Shown: piece after piece, positions 1 to 9,080 of the stretch
Layout of the letters: the number at the start of each line of letters is the position of its first letter
Position numbering within the stretch: the first letter of the stretch is position 1
From: an uncultured Anaerolineaceae bacterium
Lineage (GTDB): Bacteria; Chloroflexota; Anaerolineae; Anaerolineales; UBA11579
Length of the DNA: 64,000 nucleotides
NCBI GenBank assembly: GCA_964623375.1
Contig: CAZUTS010000001.1
Location: 7,692-71,691 of the forward strand
Reading direction: 5' to 3'
Position numbers and translations under genes: made by a program
The notes under the pieces: generated by a model
What the model saw: the letters and a program-made list of their open reading frames with translations, nothing else
Database searches by the model: none
What the model was told of the DNA's origin: nothing

Positions 1-446
1 GGCACGGCGGCGATGATGTTGTTGATCGCCGGGGTTGAACAGGCATCGCCGATCAGCAAGAAGCCCGCTGGCAGCGGCTGCGGCATGCGAAAGCGCGAGC
101 CTAAAAATGTGCTCGGGATCGTGTCACCGGGCTTAGCTTGCAAGAACCACAAGGTGGCCGGGCCGGGCGGCTCGTGCATCAGCACGTCGATTTCAAATTG
201 GCCTTGCTCTGGGTAGGCGGCCACCAGCGTGTAGGCGCGTTGCAGCTCGCGGCGTTTGCTCGCTGGATCCGGAAACCAGAAGCGCAGCCAGGTGGCCGGG
301 TGCCACTCGATCTCCTGAAACAGCGTGGCGCTGGCAAAGCGGAAGCGCGTAAAGTGCGGTGCGATCTCTCGTTTGGAGAGCAGTGTCAATATGAAATCAC
401 GTGCTCCATAGCCTTTGAGCACAATGCCGGTCAGTCCTCGACTCAT
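1..446 (-). CDS. siderophore-interacting protein (FAD-binding ferric-siderophore reductase family), C-terminal part cut by window edge
   Basis: Absent from the ORF track because it runs off the edge. My reverse translation from the ATG (complement of 444-446) gives MSRGLTGIVLKGYGARDFILTLL...QRAYTLVAAYPEQGQFEIDVLMHEPPGPATLWFLQAKPGDTI...LLIGDACSTPAINNIIAAV. This fits the SIP/ViuB pattern (QRxYT, H..GPA..W, PGD, GD..l.PAi). Confidence 0.65.
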   Translation of the reverse strand, partial: MSRGLTGIVLKGYGARDFILTLLSKREIAPHFTRFRFASATLFQEIEWHPATWLRFWFPDPASKRRELQRAYTLVAAYPEQGQFEIDVLMHEPPGPATLWFLQAKPGDTIPSTFLGSRFRMPQPLPAGFLLIGDACSTPAINNIIAAV

Positions 447-565
447 TACAGTACCTCTGTGAATTAAGCTGGCAGCATCTTAGGCGTGCGTGCAGTGCAA
501 GTCAATACGCCGCGGTGAAGAAGCCGCTCACTCTGGGTGAGAGTCTCAGCAAGGCGGCAGTCCGT

Positions 566-571
566 TATAAT
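566..571 (+). promoter_or_regulatory. -10 box TATAAT placed 7 nt upstream of tRNA-Ser position 1
   Basis: Exact TATAAT at 566-571; the mature tRNA 5' end is at 579. No convincing -35. Confidence 0.4.
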
Positions 572-578
572 AGGTAGT

Positions 579-666
579 GGAGAGGTGCCAGAGTGGACGA
601 ATGGGGCAGTCTCGAAAACTGTTGTGGTCCTTGGGGCCACCGAGGGTTCGAATCCCTCTCTCTCCG
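579..666 (+). tRNA. tRNA-Ser (anticodon CGA), 88 nt, no encoded CCA
   Basis: Hand-folded cloverleaf: acceptor GGAGAGG/TCTCTCC (one G-U), D stem CCA/TGG, anticodon stem GCAGT/ACTGT with loop CTCGAAA, long variable arm TGTGGTCCTTGGGGCCACC, T arm GAGGG-TTCGAAT-CCCTC, discriminator G. It aligns position by position with E. coli tRNA-Ser. Confidence 0.93.
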
Positions 667-682
667 CTGAATAAATTCCCCG

Positions 683-1780
683 ATGAACACAACTGAGATC
701 ATTCGCCGCAGACTGGCCAACCAGCATCTGGTTGCCAGCACTTTGCGCACCCCGCTTGAGGTGGTTGCCGCCCAGGGCGCGGTGCAGGCGCAGGATTTTT
801 ACGGTGCACTGTGGGGGCTGGCTGTGCGCCTACCCGCGGGCTGGACTGAGAGTGAAGTCGAGGCCTGGTTCGCCGATGGCCGCATTGTGCGCACCCATAT
901 CTTGCGACCGACCTGGCACTTTGTTGCCCCCGCCGATATCCGCTGGATGCTGATGTTGAGCGCACCACGCGTCAACGCCTTCAATGCTTACATGTATCGC
1001 CAGCACGGCATCGATCCCGCCACCCAGAAGCGATCATTGAAAGTACTGCAGCGCAGCTTGGAAGGCGGCCGCCAACTGATACGCAAAGAGCTTGCCGAGG
1101 CTCTTGAAGAGGGCGGTATCGCAATTGGCAACGGCGCACCGGGCAGCATTCGATTGGCGCACATCATTATGTTCGCTGAGTTGGAGGGGCTGATCATCAG
1201 TGGCCCGCGGCGCGGCAAGCAATTCACCTATATGCTGCTGGAGGAGCGCGCTCCGGCCAAAGGCCGCCTGCCCTCGCGCCAAGAAGCCCTCGTCGAACTT
1301 GCCCGCCGCTACTTTGGCGCCCGCGGCCCGGCCACCGCCCATGATTTCGCCTGGTGGTCTGGCCTCACTGTCAGCGATTGCCGCGCTGGCGCTCTGGCCG
1401 CCGGGCTGCCCAGCGCCGAGCTGGACGGCAAAACGTACTGGTGGTCAGAAGAGCGTGCGCCCGCCAAAAGCGCGCGTGGCGCCTGGCTGCTGCCTAACTT
1501 TGATGAATACGGAATTGGCTTCGCAGACCGCAGCCACACCGAGCCGCAAGATTACAAATCCTTCTGGGCCGGTGGCGGTCTGATGCTGCCGCATTTCTAC
1601 GTGATCAACGGGCGCACCGCGGGCATGTGGAAGCGTGAACTAGGCAAGCAAGACGTGCGCATCACGCTGCAATCGCCCTTCGGTGGCGATGTGGCCGCGG
1701 ATGTCAAGCCGCTGGCTGGCAGTATCAAACGCTACGGAGAGTTTTTGGGGCTGAAGCCCACAGTAGAGGCATTCGCTTAG
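683..1780 (+). CDS. winged-helix HTH_42/DUF1006 protein, AlkZ/YcaQ-like DNA glycosylase family
   Basis: 365-aa ORF. The N-terminus RRRLANQHL...EVVAAQGAVQAQDFYGALWGL and the overall layout are typical of the AlkZ/YcaQ family. Contains a Q-A-Q (Q-phi-Q) motif. Confidence 0.6.
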   Translation: MNTTEIIRRRLANQHLVASTLRTPLEVVAAQGAVQAQDFYGALWGLAVRLPAGWTESEVEAWFADGRIVRTHILRPTWHFVAPADIRWMLMLSAPRVNAFNAYMYRQHGIDPATQKRSLKVLQRSLEGGRQLIRKELAEALEEGGIAIGNGAPGSIRLAHIIMFAELEGLIISGPRRGKQFTYMLLEERAPAKGRLPSRQEALVELARRYFGARGPATAHDFAWWSGLTVSDCRAGALAAGLPSAELDGKTYWWSEERAPAKSARGAWLLPNFDEYGIGFADRSHTEPQDYKSFWAGGGLMLPHFYVINGRTAGMWKRELGKQDVRITLQSPFGGDVAADVKPLAGSIKRYGEFLGLKPTVEAFA

Positions 1781-2859
1781 AAGCGATTGAGCCAGTGACG
1801 GCCGTTTTGCTGCAATAGGCGGCGGTATAGCTCACGGTAGCGCTCCGCTTGTTCCTTCAGATCAAACTCGGTTTCAATTCTCTCACGCCCTGCCGCGCCC
1901 ATCGTTTGACGCAAGCTGGCATCGTCGATTAAGCGCGCCAAGGCTGCAGTCAACTGCTCAACATTGTTGCTCTCGAAGAGCAAGCCGGTTTTAACGTCCT
2001 GCACCAGCTCAGGAATATCGTCTACAGCGCTGGCCACTACGGGTTTGCCTGCCGCCATGGCTTCGATCAAAGAATTGGGAATGCCCTCGTTGTTTGGCAG
2101 CGATGTGCATGTGGCGATGTCAAAGCCTTTAGTGATGGGCATCGGGTCGGCCACCTCGCCGGTGAATATGGCGGCTTCGCCCAGTGGTTCGGCCTCGGCG
2201 CGCAGTTGCGCCAGCATGGGTACTGCGCCAGGCTGCGTGGTGTCTCCACCGCATATCACTAAGTGCACGTGCTGGTATTGTGTGTGCTGGCGCAGTTGTT
2301 TCACGGCCGCAATCAGCAACGAGATGTTCTTGCCACCACCCAAACGTGAGGTGCGCCCGATGATGATTTTGTCTGCACCCAAGCCAAAACGTTCAACCGG
2401 TGCAGCATCTACGGTTGCCAGATCCACACCGTTGTAAATGGTATAGATCTTCTCGACCGGCATCAGGCTTTCAAGATGCTTGGCCATGCCGGCTGTGGAG
2501 GCGACAACCGCGTCAAGGCCATCTTTGCGGCCCAGGGCCGCCCCACTACGCATGCCGTCCACACGCTCGATCACGCTTGGAACGCCAGCCAGGCGCGCCG
2601 CATCGGCATACAGGCGCAGGTTGGCGATCTGCACGAGGTCGATACGCTGGCGCAGCAAGTACCATGCCAGCGGTAGTTTGCGAAAGGGCAGCACCGTCAC
2701 CTGGGCAACGTTGTGATACTCCGGCAGCACGTAATCAGAATGGGTGGCAATAAAATGAAAGTCAAACTCATCGCTCAATTCGCCAGCCAAGCGGTACAGC
2801 CACTTGGGCATGCCACCCACGCCAAACATTTGCAGGATATAGGCTACGCGTGCTTTCAT
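1777..2859 (-). CDS. glycosyltransferase family 4 (GT-B fold)
   Basis: 360-aa ORF with the C-terminal motif NNEGIPNSLIEAMAAGKPVVASAVDDIPELV (E-x7-E region of GT4). Confidence 0.85.
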   Translation of the reverse strand: MKARVAYILQMFGVGGMPKWLYRLAGELSDEFDFHFIATHSDYVLPEYHNVAQVTVLPFRKLPLAWYLLRQRIDLVQIANLRLYADAARLAGVPSVIERVDGMRSGAALGRKDGLDAVVASTAGMAKHLESLMPVEKIYTIYNGVDLATVDAAPVERFGLGADKIIIGRTSRLGGGKNISLLIAAVKQLRQHTQYQHVHLVICGGDTTQPGAVPMLAQLRAEAEPLGEAAIFTGEVADPMPITKGFDIATCTSLPNNEGIPNSLIEAMAAGKPVVASAVDDIPELVQDVKTGLLFESNNVEQLTAALARLIDDASLRQTMGAAGRERIETEFDLKEQAERYRELYRRLLQQNGRHWLNRF

Positions 2860-2904
2860 GTTGGCTTATAGGCTAGGAAATAGGCTCGAAGTTTAGTTGG
2901 TACG

Positions 2905-3654
2905 TCAAACGTGAAGCTCCGCCCACACTTCTCCCCAGTTTACTTCCTGGTGCACTAGTTCCAACCCTGCCTCGCTGGTCTCCTGCGCAAATTGTTCCAG
3001 GGTGAACTCTGTCTTATGGTCCAAATCCAACCGCCATTCGACACCAAGCTCCTTCTTCAAGGGTACACGCCAATCCCGTTCAAACAAGGGAACGCGGATG
3101 AAGATGCGCTTGGCCCCGGTCTTTTGCATGGCACGCTTGAGAAAGCTGGGCCGCTCCACAATATGCTCGAGCACATTTGAGAGCACAATTGTGTCAAAGG
3201 GTGTCTCAACTTCCAGTTTCAGCGCATCCTGTACAGCGAAGCTAAGATTGGGTAGTTGGAAGCAGCGCTTGGCTTCGGCAATACTGCCCTCATTGAGATC
3301 TATTCCGTGCACTGTCGCACCTGTCCGCAGCGCAATATCATGTGCCACGGCCCCTAAGCCGCAGCCAATATCCAGCACACGCTCGCTAGCTTGTATATTC
3401 TTAATGAAGAAGTCATGATAAGACGTGTGTTTGTGTTTGGTATGAACTCCGCCCCCATACACACCCGCTAGTGGGCCTTGCAGCGCATACAGCTCGGCAT
3501 CGAGCCGGAACAAGAAGCGCAGTGCTTCGTCTGCTGGTAGCACCTGGCTGCGGCGCGTGATGGCGCGGTTCAGCATTAACTCCAGCGCGGATTGCGGCAG
3601 CAAACTGGCTAGCCAAGCTATCCCCTTAGCCACGATGCGTGTCAGCCGGCTCAT
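2905..3654 (-). CDS. class I SAM-dependent methyltransferase
   Basis: Motif I VLDIGCGLGAVAHDIA and post-I/II motifs (HGIDLNE, TIVLSNVLEHI). Confidence 0.8.
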   Translation of the reverse strand: MSRLTRIVAKGIAWLASLLPQSALELMLNRAITRRSQVLPADEALRFLFRLDAELYALQGPLAGVYGGGVHTKHKHTSYHDFFIKNIQASERVLDIGCGLGAVAHDIALRTGATVHGIDLNEGSIAEAKRCFQLPNLSFAVQDALKLEVETPFDTIVLSNVLEHIVERPSFLKRAMQKTGAKRIFIRVPLFERDWRVPLKKELGVEWRLDLDHKTEFTLEQFAQETSEAGLELVHQEVNWGEVWAELHV

Positions 3655-4517
3655 TTAGATGCCCCCTGTTTGCGCAGATAAATAAACTGATCCCGTCCAA
3701 TGCCAAAGCGCTCTGCAAACCAATTGTGTAACGGATGTCGGCTGCGCACAGGCTCCCAAATGCGCAACCAATCGGGTTCTATGCGTGTAGTAAGCACGTT
3801 GCGGGCAAAAAAGATCCGATTGAGCTTTGGCGCAGTGACAAAATTCACCGTATTAAGAAATGCGGGCGAGCGACCCATTAACAATAGCTGTAAAGCTGTC
3901 AGCCAACGCGGGCTGAAGGGAATGCGGTTGATTTTGTAGTGTCCCTCATAAGGGAAACGATAGTCGGGCGTCTGTATATATACCAGGCCACCAGTCTTGC
4001 ACACCCGTAGCATTTCATCTATCGTGGCTTCTACATCCTGCACATGCTCGAGCACAGTGTAGCAATACACGAAGTCAAAGCTCTCGTCTGAGTGGGGAAT
4101 CTTCTCGGCCACTGCCTGTTGAAAGCGTTGGCGTGGCAAGCCGTGCAGGTCAGCCTTGAGATTCAGGATTTCCATCGCTTTGTCATAAGGCTCAATACCA
4201 TGAACTTCGGCCCCGCGTTGATGGAAGACAATACTTTCGGCACCAGTCCCAGCCCCCACTACCAGCACCCGTTGGTCTGCAAAATCCACTCTCATCCACT
4301 CTTCTACTTTGCGGATGTTAGGTTCTGCAAACGTGCGCTCTTCATCCAGTCGATATTCAATGCGTTCTTGCCAATCTTTTAAGCTTAGGTCTTTGCGATA
4401 GTAGTTCTCATAATACTGGCGCAGAAGATCCTTGATTTGACTAGTGAGTTGTTCCTTGTTCATGCTGCTGTTTGAGCCTCTCTTCACTGGATGAGAGTCA
4501 ATTCTAGCACTTGCCAT
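3651..4517 (-). CDS. class I SAM-dependent methyltransferase (start may be the internal Met at 4463)
   Basis: VLVVGAGTGAESIVF, HGIEP, FDFVYCYTVLEHV. A 4-nt overlap with the downstream methyltransferase suggests translational coupling. Confidence 0.75.
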   Translation of the reverse strand: MASARIDSHPVKRGSNSSMNKEQLTSQIKDLLRQYYENYYRKDLSLKDWQERIEYRLDEERTFAEPNIRKVEEWMRVDFADQRVLVVGAGTGAESIVFHQRGAEVHGIEPYDKAMEILNLKADLHGLPRQRFQQAVAEKIPHSDESFDFVYCYTVLEHVQDVEATIDEMLRVCKTGGLVYIQTPDYRFPYEGHYKINRIPFSPRWLTALQLLLMGRSPAFLNTVNFVTAPKLNRIFFARNVLTTRIEPDWLRIWEPVRSRHPLHNWFAERFGIGRDQFIYLRKQGASK

Positions 4518-4622
4518 TAATACGAATCCAATATCTTGTTAATGGCCCTCTTGCACTGCAGGATTATTCTCTAAGTCGTATGTGAGTTGACCGTACAAAC
4601 TTACTAATAGGAGAAACAAAAA

Positions 4623-6518
4623 ATGTCTAAAATCATAGGAATTGACCTGGGAACCACCAACAGCGTTGTAGCAACCATTGAGGGCGGTGAGCCCACTGTG
4701 ATCCCCACGGCCGAGGGCGGCCGCCTGCTGCCGTCCGTTGTTGCCTTCGGCAAAAACGGTGAGCGCATGGTCGGCCAAACCGCCAAGCGCCAGGCCGTGA
4801 TCAACCCGGAGAACACCGTATCCTCCATCAAGCGCTTCATGGGCCGCCGCTTTGCGGACGTGGCCGCCGAGCGCAGCATGGTGCCTTACGAGGTGACCGA
4901 AGGCATCGGCGGTGACGCTCGCGTGAAACTGCCTGCCACCGGCAAAGAATACAGCCCGCAGGAGATCTCGGCGATGGTGCTGGGTAAGCTCAAGGCGGAT
5001 GCCGAAGCCTACCTGGGCGAGAAGGTCAGCCAGGCGGTGATCACCGTGCCGGCTTACTTTAACGACAGCCAGCGCCAGGCCACCAAGGATGCCGGCAAGA
5101 TCGCCGGCCTGGAAGTCTTGCGCATCATCAACGAGCCCACCGCGGCCGCTCTGGCCTACGGGCTGGATAAGAAGGCCAATGAAACCATCCTGGTCTTTGA
5201 CCTGGGTGGCGGTACTTTCGATGTCAGCCTGCTCGAAGTAGGCGAGGGTGTCATTGAGGTCAAGAGCACCAACGGCGATACCAAGCTGGGTGGTGATGAC
5301 TGGGATGAAGCCACCGTGAACTGGCTTGCCGACGAATACAAGAAGGAACAGGGCATTGACCTGCGCAGCGATCGCCAGGCGCTACAACGCCTGCGCGAAG
5401 CCGCTGAGAAGGCCAAGATCGAGCTTTCCACACTGACTGAGACCGAGATCAACCTGCCTTACATCACCGCGGATGCCTCTGGCCCCAAGCACCTGCAGTT
5501 CAAATTGAGCAGAGCGAAATTTGAACAACTGACCGAGAGCCTGCTGACTCGCTTACGTGGCCCGTTCGATGCGGCCATGAAGGATGCCGATGTTCAGGCC
5601 AGCGCCATTGATGAAGTGGTGCTGGTGGGTGGTTCCACCCGCATGCCGATGGTGCAAGAGCTGGTGCGCAAGCTCAGTGGCAAGGAGCCGCACAAGGGTG
5701 TGAATCCGGATGAGGTCGTTGCCGTGGGCGCCGCCATTCAGGCTGGCGTGCTGGGCGGCGACGTCAAAGATGTGCTGCTGCTGGACGTTACTCCGCTCTC
5801 CCTGGGCGTTGAAACCCTGGGTGGCGTGATGACCAAGATGATCGAGCGCAACACCACCATCCCGGTGAAGAAGACCGAGGTCTATTCCACCGCCGATGAC
5901 AACCAGACCGCGGTAGACATCCACATCCTGCAGGGTGAGCGCACTCAGGCGGCCGATAACATGAGCCTGGGCCACTTCCGCCTGGATGGCATTCCTGCCG
6001 CTGCACGCGGTGTGCCACAGGTAGAAGTAACCTTTGATATCGATGCCAACGGTATCCTCAGCGTAACCGCCAAGGATAAGGCCAGCGGCAAGGAACAGAG
6101 CATCCAGGTGACCGCCTCCACCAACCTGAGCAAGGATGAGGTGCAGCGCATGGTGGAGCAGGCTCGTCAGCACGAGAGCGAAGACCGCCAGCGCCGTGAG
6201 CTGGTGGAGACACGCAACACCGCCGATACGCTAGCCTACCAGACAGAGAAGACTCTCAAAGAGCTGGGCGACAAGGTGCCGGCTGCTGAACGCAGCAGCA
6301 TCGAAACCAAGGTGCAAGAGTTGCGCAAAGCGGTGGAAGGCGAAGACCGCGAGCGGATCAAGCAGTTGAGCGATGATCTGCAGAACGCGTTCCACGCATT
6401 GAGCCAGCAGCTCTATGCCAGCCAGGCTAAAGCCGCTCCCAATGGCAACGGAACCAGCGGGCACGCGCCGGAGCCGGAAGGTGAAGGCGTGGTGGAAGGC
6501 GAGTTCCGCGAGGCGTAA
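4623..6518 (+). CDS. dnaK: molecular chaperone DnaK (Hsp70)
   Basis: [20 protein letters not shown] and [10 protein letters not shown] signatures over the full length of 631 aa. SD AGGAGA upstream. Confidence 0.98.
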   Translation: MSKIIGIDLGTTNSVVATIEGGEPTVIPTAEGGRLLPSVVAFGKNGERMVGQTAKRQAVINPENTVSSIKRFMGRRFADVAAERSMVPYEVTEGIGGDARVKLPATGKEYSPQEISAMVLGKLKADAEAYLGEKVSQAVITVPAYFNDSQRQATKDAGKIAGLEVLRIINEPTAAALAYGLDKKANETILVFDLGGGTFDVSLLEVGEGVIEVKSTNGDTKLGGDDWDEATVNWLADEYKKEQGIDLRSDRQALQRLREAAEKAKIELSTLTETEINLPYITADASGPKHLQFKLSRAKFEQLTESLLTRLRGPFDAAMKDADVQASAIDEVVLVGGSTRMPMVQELVRKLSGKEPHKGVNPDEVVAVGAAIQAGVLGGDVKDVLLLDVTPLSLGVETLGGVMTKMIERNTTIPVKKTEVYSTADDNQTAVDIHILQGERTQAADNMSLGHFRLDGIPAAARGVPQVEVTFDIDANGILSVTAKDKASGKEQSIQVTASTNLSKDEVQRMVEQARQHESEDRQRRELVETRNTADTLAYQTEKTLKELGDKVPAAERSSIETKVQELRKAVEGEDRERIKQLSDDLQNAFHALSQQLYASQAKAAPNGNGTSGHAPEPEGEGVVEGEFREA

Positions 6519-6544
6519 TCGCCGCGATACAACGTCTAACAAAA

Positions 6545-6571
6545 ATGTGAGCCAATCGGCTCGCATTTTTT
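6545..6571 (+). terminator. rho-independent terminator of dnaK
   Basis: 9-bp stem ATGTGAGCC/GGCTCGCAT (one G-U), loop AATC, followed by a T6 run. Confidence 0.7.
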
Positions 6572-6724
6572 GTTGCTTCATGAGAAGACTTTGCATGCAT
6601 GCAAAGAGTCTTAATACACTTGCGATTCTCTTAATGTACGTATTTGTAACAGCCAATTTTTAGGACTCGTTGGCCTGTGTAGCAGCGCGCAGTTGCAATG
6701 AAGTTACTCAACGGAGGTAATTAC

Positions 6725-7459
6725 ATGGAACCACAAAACAATCGTCGCAAGTGGCTGCTAGCAACAGTACTTGCCCTTCTGGGCGCCGCAACCTTGTGTG
6801 TTTGGGGCGCGGCCGCTGCAGGAATTCGTTTCAGCTCACCGCCCATTGAAGCTGCCATCCAGGCCTTCAATGAGAGCCGCGCTCAAGAGGAAACCCCGCG
6901 CAACACTGGCGGTGGCGGAGATGTAAACATCTCCAATCCTGGGGGCAATGGCAACGGTGGTGGTGGTGATAACGGCAATGGTAGCGGTAATGGCAATGGG
7001 GACGGCAATGGCAAGGGTAATGGCAACGGGGGCGGCGGCAATGACGGCGCCGGCTCCTCTGGGTGTCTGCTGGGTGTCTTGTGTCTCGACGCCAATGTAA
7101 ACACTGGCAACACCAATGTGGGTAGCCTGGGCATTGATCTGGATGCCGACACCAGCAATAACGGCATTCAGGTGGATGCGGATGTCAACAGCGGTACCGA
7201 GCGTTGTTTCCTGGGCCTGCTGTGCATCAACTCCAATAAGGATGCCAGCCTGACTCCCCGCGTGAATGTGGGCACCAACTCGGTCGTGCAGGTCAACACC
7301 AGCAATGCTGCTTTGCTGGATGCGAATGTGGATGCCGATCTTGGCCGCACGAATACCCTGGTGGATGCGGATGTAGATGTGGCGGCAGACGCCAACCTAT
7401 CCACCCAGTCCAACTCTTGGCTCAACGATCTGCTGAATCTATTTGTCAATGTCAACTAA
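6725..7459 (+). CDS. Gly/Asn-rich membrane-anchored or secreted repeat protein, unknown function
   Basis: GGAGG sits 8 nt upstream of the ATG at 6725 (the track ORF starts at 6698). N-terminal hydrophobic segment WLLATVLALLGAATLCVWGAAAAG, then a GN-dipeptide run, two C(L/F)LG(V/L)LC motifs and repeated (L/V)DA(D/N)V motifs. Confidence 0.6.
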   Translation: MEPQNNRRKWLLATVLALLGAATLCVWGAAAAGIRFSSPPIEAAIQAFNESRAQEETPRNTGGGGDVNISNPGGNGNGGGGDNGNGSGNGNGDGNGKGNGNGGGGNDGAGSSGCLLGVLCLDANVNTGNTNVGSLGIDLDADTSNNGIQVDADVNSGTERCFLGLLCINSNKDASLTPRVNVGTNSVVQVNTSNAALLDANVDADLGRTNTLVDADVDVAADANLSTQSNSWLNDLLNLFVNVN

Positions 7460-7491
7460 GTAACTGCGCTGTGCTACTGTTCGAGGTTCAA

Positions 7492-7531
7492 AACGGGCTC
7501 CCGCCATTCGGCAGGAGCCCGTTTCTTGTTT
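7492..7531. terminator. bidirectional terminator between convergent genes
   Basis: 10-bp stem AACGGGCTCC/GGAGCCCGTT, with an A-run upstream and a T-rich run downstream. The helicase stop codon (7530-7532) abuts it. Confidence 0.65.
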
Positions 7532-8981
7532 ACCGTCTGCGGCCGCCGCGCCGCCCGCTTTCTGGCCGTCGGCCGCCCTGCGGGCGGCTGCCTTCTTGCG
7601 ACCGCGGGGCGGCTACTTTGGTCGCTGCAGCCAACACCTGCTGTGGGTGGGCAGCAGCGTGATAGCTGTCATCCAGTAGCATGGCTAACAGCGCCTGGCC
7701 TTCGTCAGTTTCGGCCAGTTGGCGCGCCAGCCCGCGGAAACGCTGGCTGCGCTCTACGCGCAGCTTGTCACGCCCGCGCAACTCGGCTTCCAGTTGTGCC
7801 GTCAGCCGCTGCGATACGATGCTGGCGACGTCGTCTTCGGTCGGGGCAGCACGCTCGGTGAATTCGATCTTGTAGATGGCGGCGATCTTCTTCAGTTCGC
7901 GCTCTTCCACGCCAGTAATGATCAGGCTGATAGCCACGCCGCCAGCCCCCGCGCGGCCTGTACGTCCGGCACGGTGGATGTAAAGCTCGGCCTCTTCGGG
8001 CGGCTCATATAGGATCACCAGCTCCAGGTCAGGGATGTCGATGCCGCGGGCGGCCACATCCGTCGCCACCAGGAAATTCAACGAGCCATCTTTGAGCTGC
8101 GAAAGCACTTTCTCGCGCGCCGCTTGCGAAAGCTCGGAGCTCAGTTCGGCGGCGTTGAAGCCAAAGCGCTGCAGCACGGTGGTGACGTAGTTCACGCGCA
8201 CCTTGGTGTTGCAGAAGATGATCGCCTGATGCGGGTTCTCGATCTCCAGCAACCGCACCAGCGTGCGGTCTTTGTCCATGCGCGGCACGGTCATCACCAC
8301 GTGCTCCACATTGGTGACGTGCACATAGTCACGGCTCAAACTCAGGAAGTCCGGCGCGTCCAAAAAGCGCTGCGCCAGGCTCTGCACGGTCTGCGGGAAG
8401 GTGGCCGAGAACATGCTGGCCTGCACGCCCTTGCTGGGTAGGTAGCGTTGCACTTCGAGCATGTCTGGGTAAAAGCCCATCGAGAGCATGCGGTCGGCCT
8501 CATCCAGTACGAGCATACGCAGCGAATTTAAGTTGAGGTTGCGCTTGAGCAAATGGTCGAGCACGCGGCCAGGCGTACCCACGATGACCTGCGCGCCGCG
8601 CTGGAAACCTTCGAGCTGCGGGCCGTAGCCCACGCCGCCATAGACGGGTACGACGTCGAGGCCGCTGCCGGGGAAGAGCACCTCCGCGTCTTTGGTCACC
8701 TGGCTGGCCAGTTCACGCGTGGGCACCAGCACCAGCGCTTGCGGCTCCTTACGGCTGGCATCCAGCCGTTCTAGCATGGGCAGCAGGAAGGCGCCGGTCT
8801 TGCCACTGCCGGTGCGCGCCTGCACCATCAGGTCTTTGCCCGCCAGTATGTACGGGATTGATTTGGCCTGCACGGGGGTGAGCTGCGTCCAGCCGGCGCG
8901 CTGTGCTGCGTCCTGGATGCGGGGGTTGAGCGCTGCCAGAGTGGTCTCGGGCAGGCTGGGGGTTGTAGTTGAGTTTTCCAT
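7530..8981 (-). CDS. DEAD-box ATP-dependent RNA helicase with Arg/Gly-rich C-terminal tail
   Basis: AQARTGSGKTGAF (motif I), VLDEADRML (DEAD), SAT, HRAGRTGRAG (motif VI). I prefer the start at 8981 (MENSTT) because the upstream ATG at 9011 overlaps a TATAAT box. Confidence 0.9.
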   Translation of the reverse strand: MENSTTTPSLPETTLAALNPRIQDAAQRAGWTQLTPVQAKSIPYILAGKDLMVQARTGSGKTGAFLLPMLERLDASRKEPQALVLVPTRELASQVTKDAEVLFPGSGLDVVPVYGGVGYGPQLEGFQRGAQVIVGTPGRVLDHLLKRNLNLNSLRMLVLDEADRMLSMGFYPDMLEVQRYLPSKGVQASMFSATFPQTVQSLAQRFLDAPDFLSLSRDYVHVTNVEHVVMTVPRMDKDRTLVRLLEIENPHQAIIFCNTKVRVNYVTTVLQRFGFNAAELSSELSQAAREKVLSQLKDGSLNFLVATDVAARGIDIPDLELVILYEPPEEAELYIHRAGRTGRAGAGGVAISLIITGVEERELKKIAAIYKIEFTERAAPTEDDVASIVSQRLTAQLEAELRGRDKLRVERSQRFRGLARQLAETDEGQALLAMLLDDSYHAAAHPQQVLAAATKVAAPRSQEGSRPQGGRRPESGRRGGRRR

Positions 8982-9009
8982 GTACTGCTTTCTTGTTGAG
9001 GATGGTTTC

Positions 9010-9015
9010 ATTATA
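9010..9015 (-). promoter_or_regulatory. -10 box TATAAT for the DEAD-box helicase gene
   Basis: The minus-strand TATAAT overlaps the first in-frame ATG, leaving a leader of about 22 nt to the ATG at 8981. Confidence 0.4.
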
Positions 9016-9080
9016 GTGGCTCGTACTCATTCAAGCCTGCATTCTATGCAATAATGAGGTCTCATTTGAGGAGGTGCTCA

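Noticed and set aside
579-4517. tRNA-Ser as the integration site of a genomic island or prophage
   Set aside because: No integrase or recombinase is present, and I saw no duplicated tRNA 3' fragment downstream. Only the modest GC drop in the methyltransferase genes is reported as a low-interest finding.
4498-4622. Looked for CIRCE (TTAGCACTC-N9-GAGTGCTAA) or HAIR (CTTGAGT-N7-ACTCAAG) heat-shock operators upstream of dnaK
   Set aside because: Only a lone CTAGCACTT half-like site and an unconvincing CTTGCACT...GAGTTGAC pair with the wrong spacing were found. There is no credible operator, and grpE, dnaJ and hrcA are not adjacent.
6883-7167. 94-aa minus-strand ORF rich in PLPLPLP
   Set aside because: It is the antisense reading of the GGYAAY (Gly-Asn) coding repeats. 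The repeat creates an open frame automatically.
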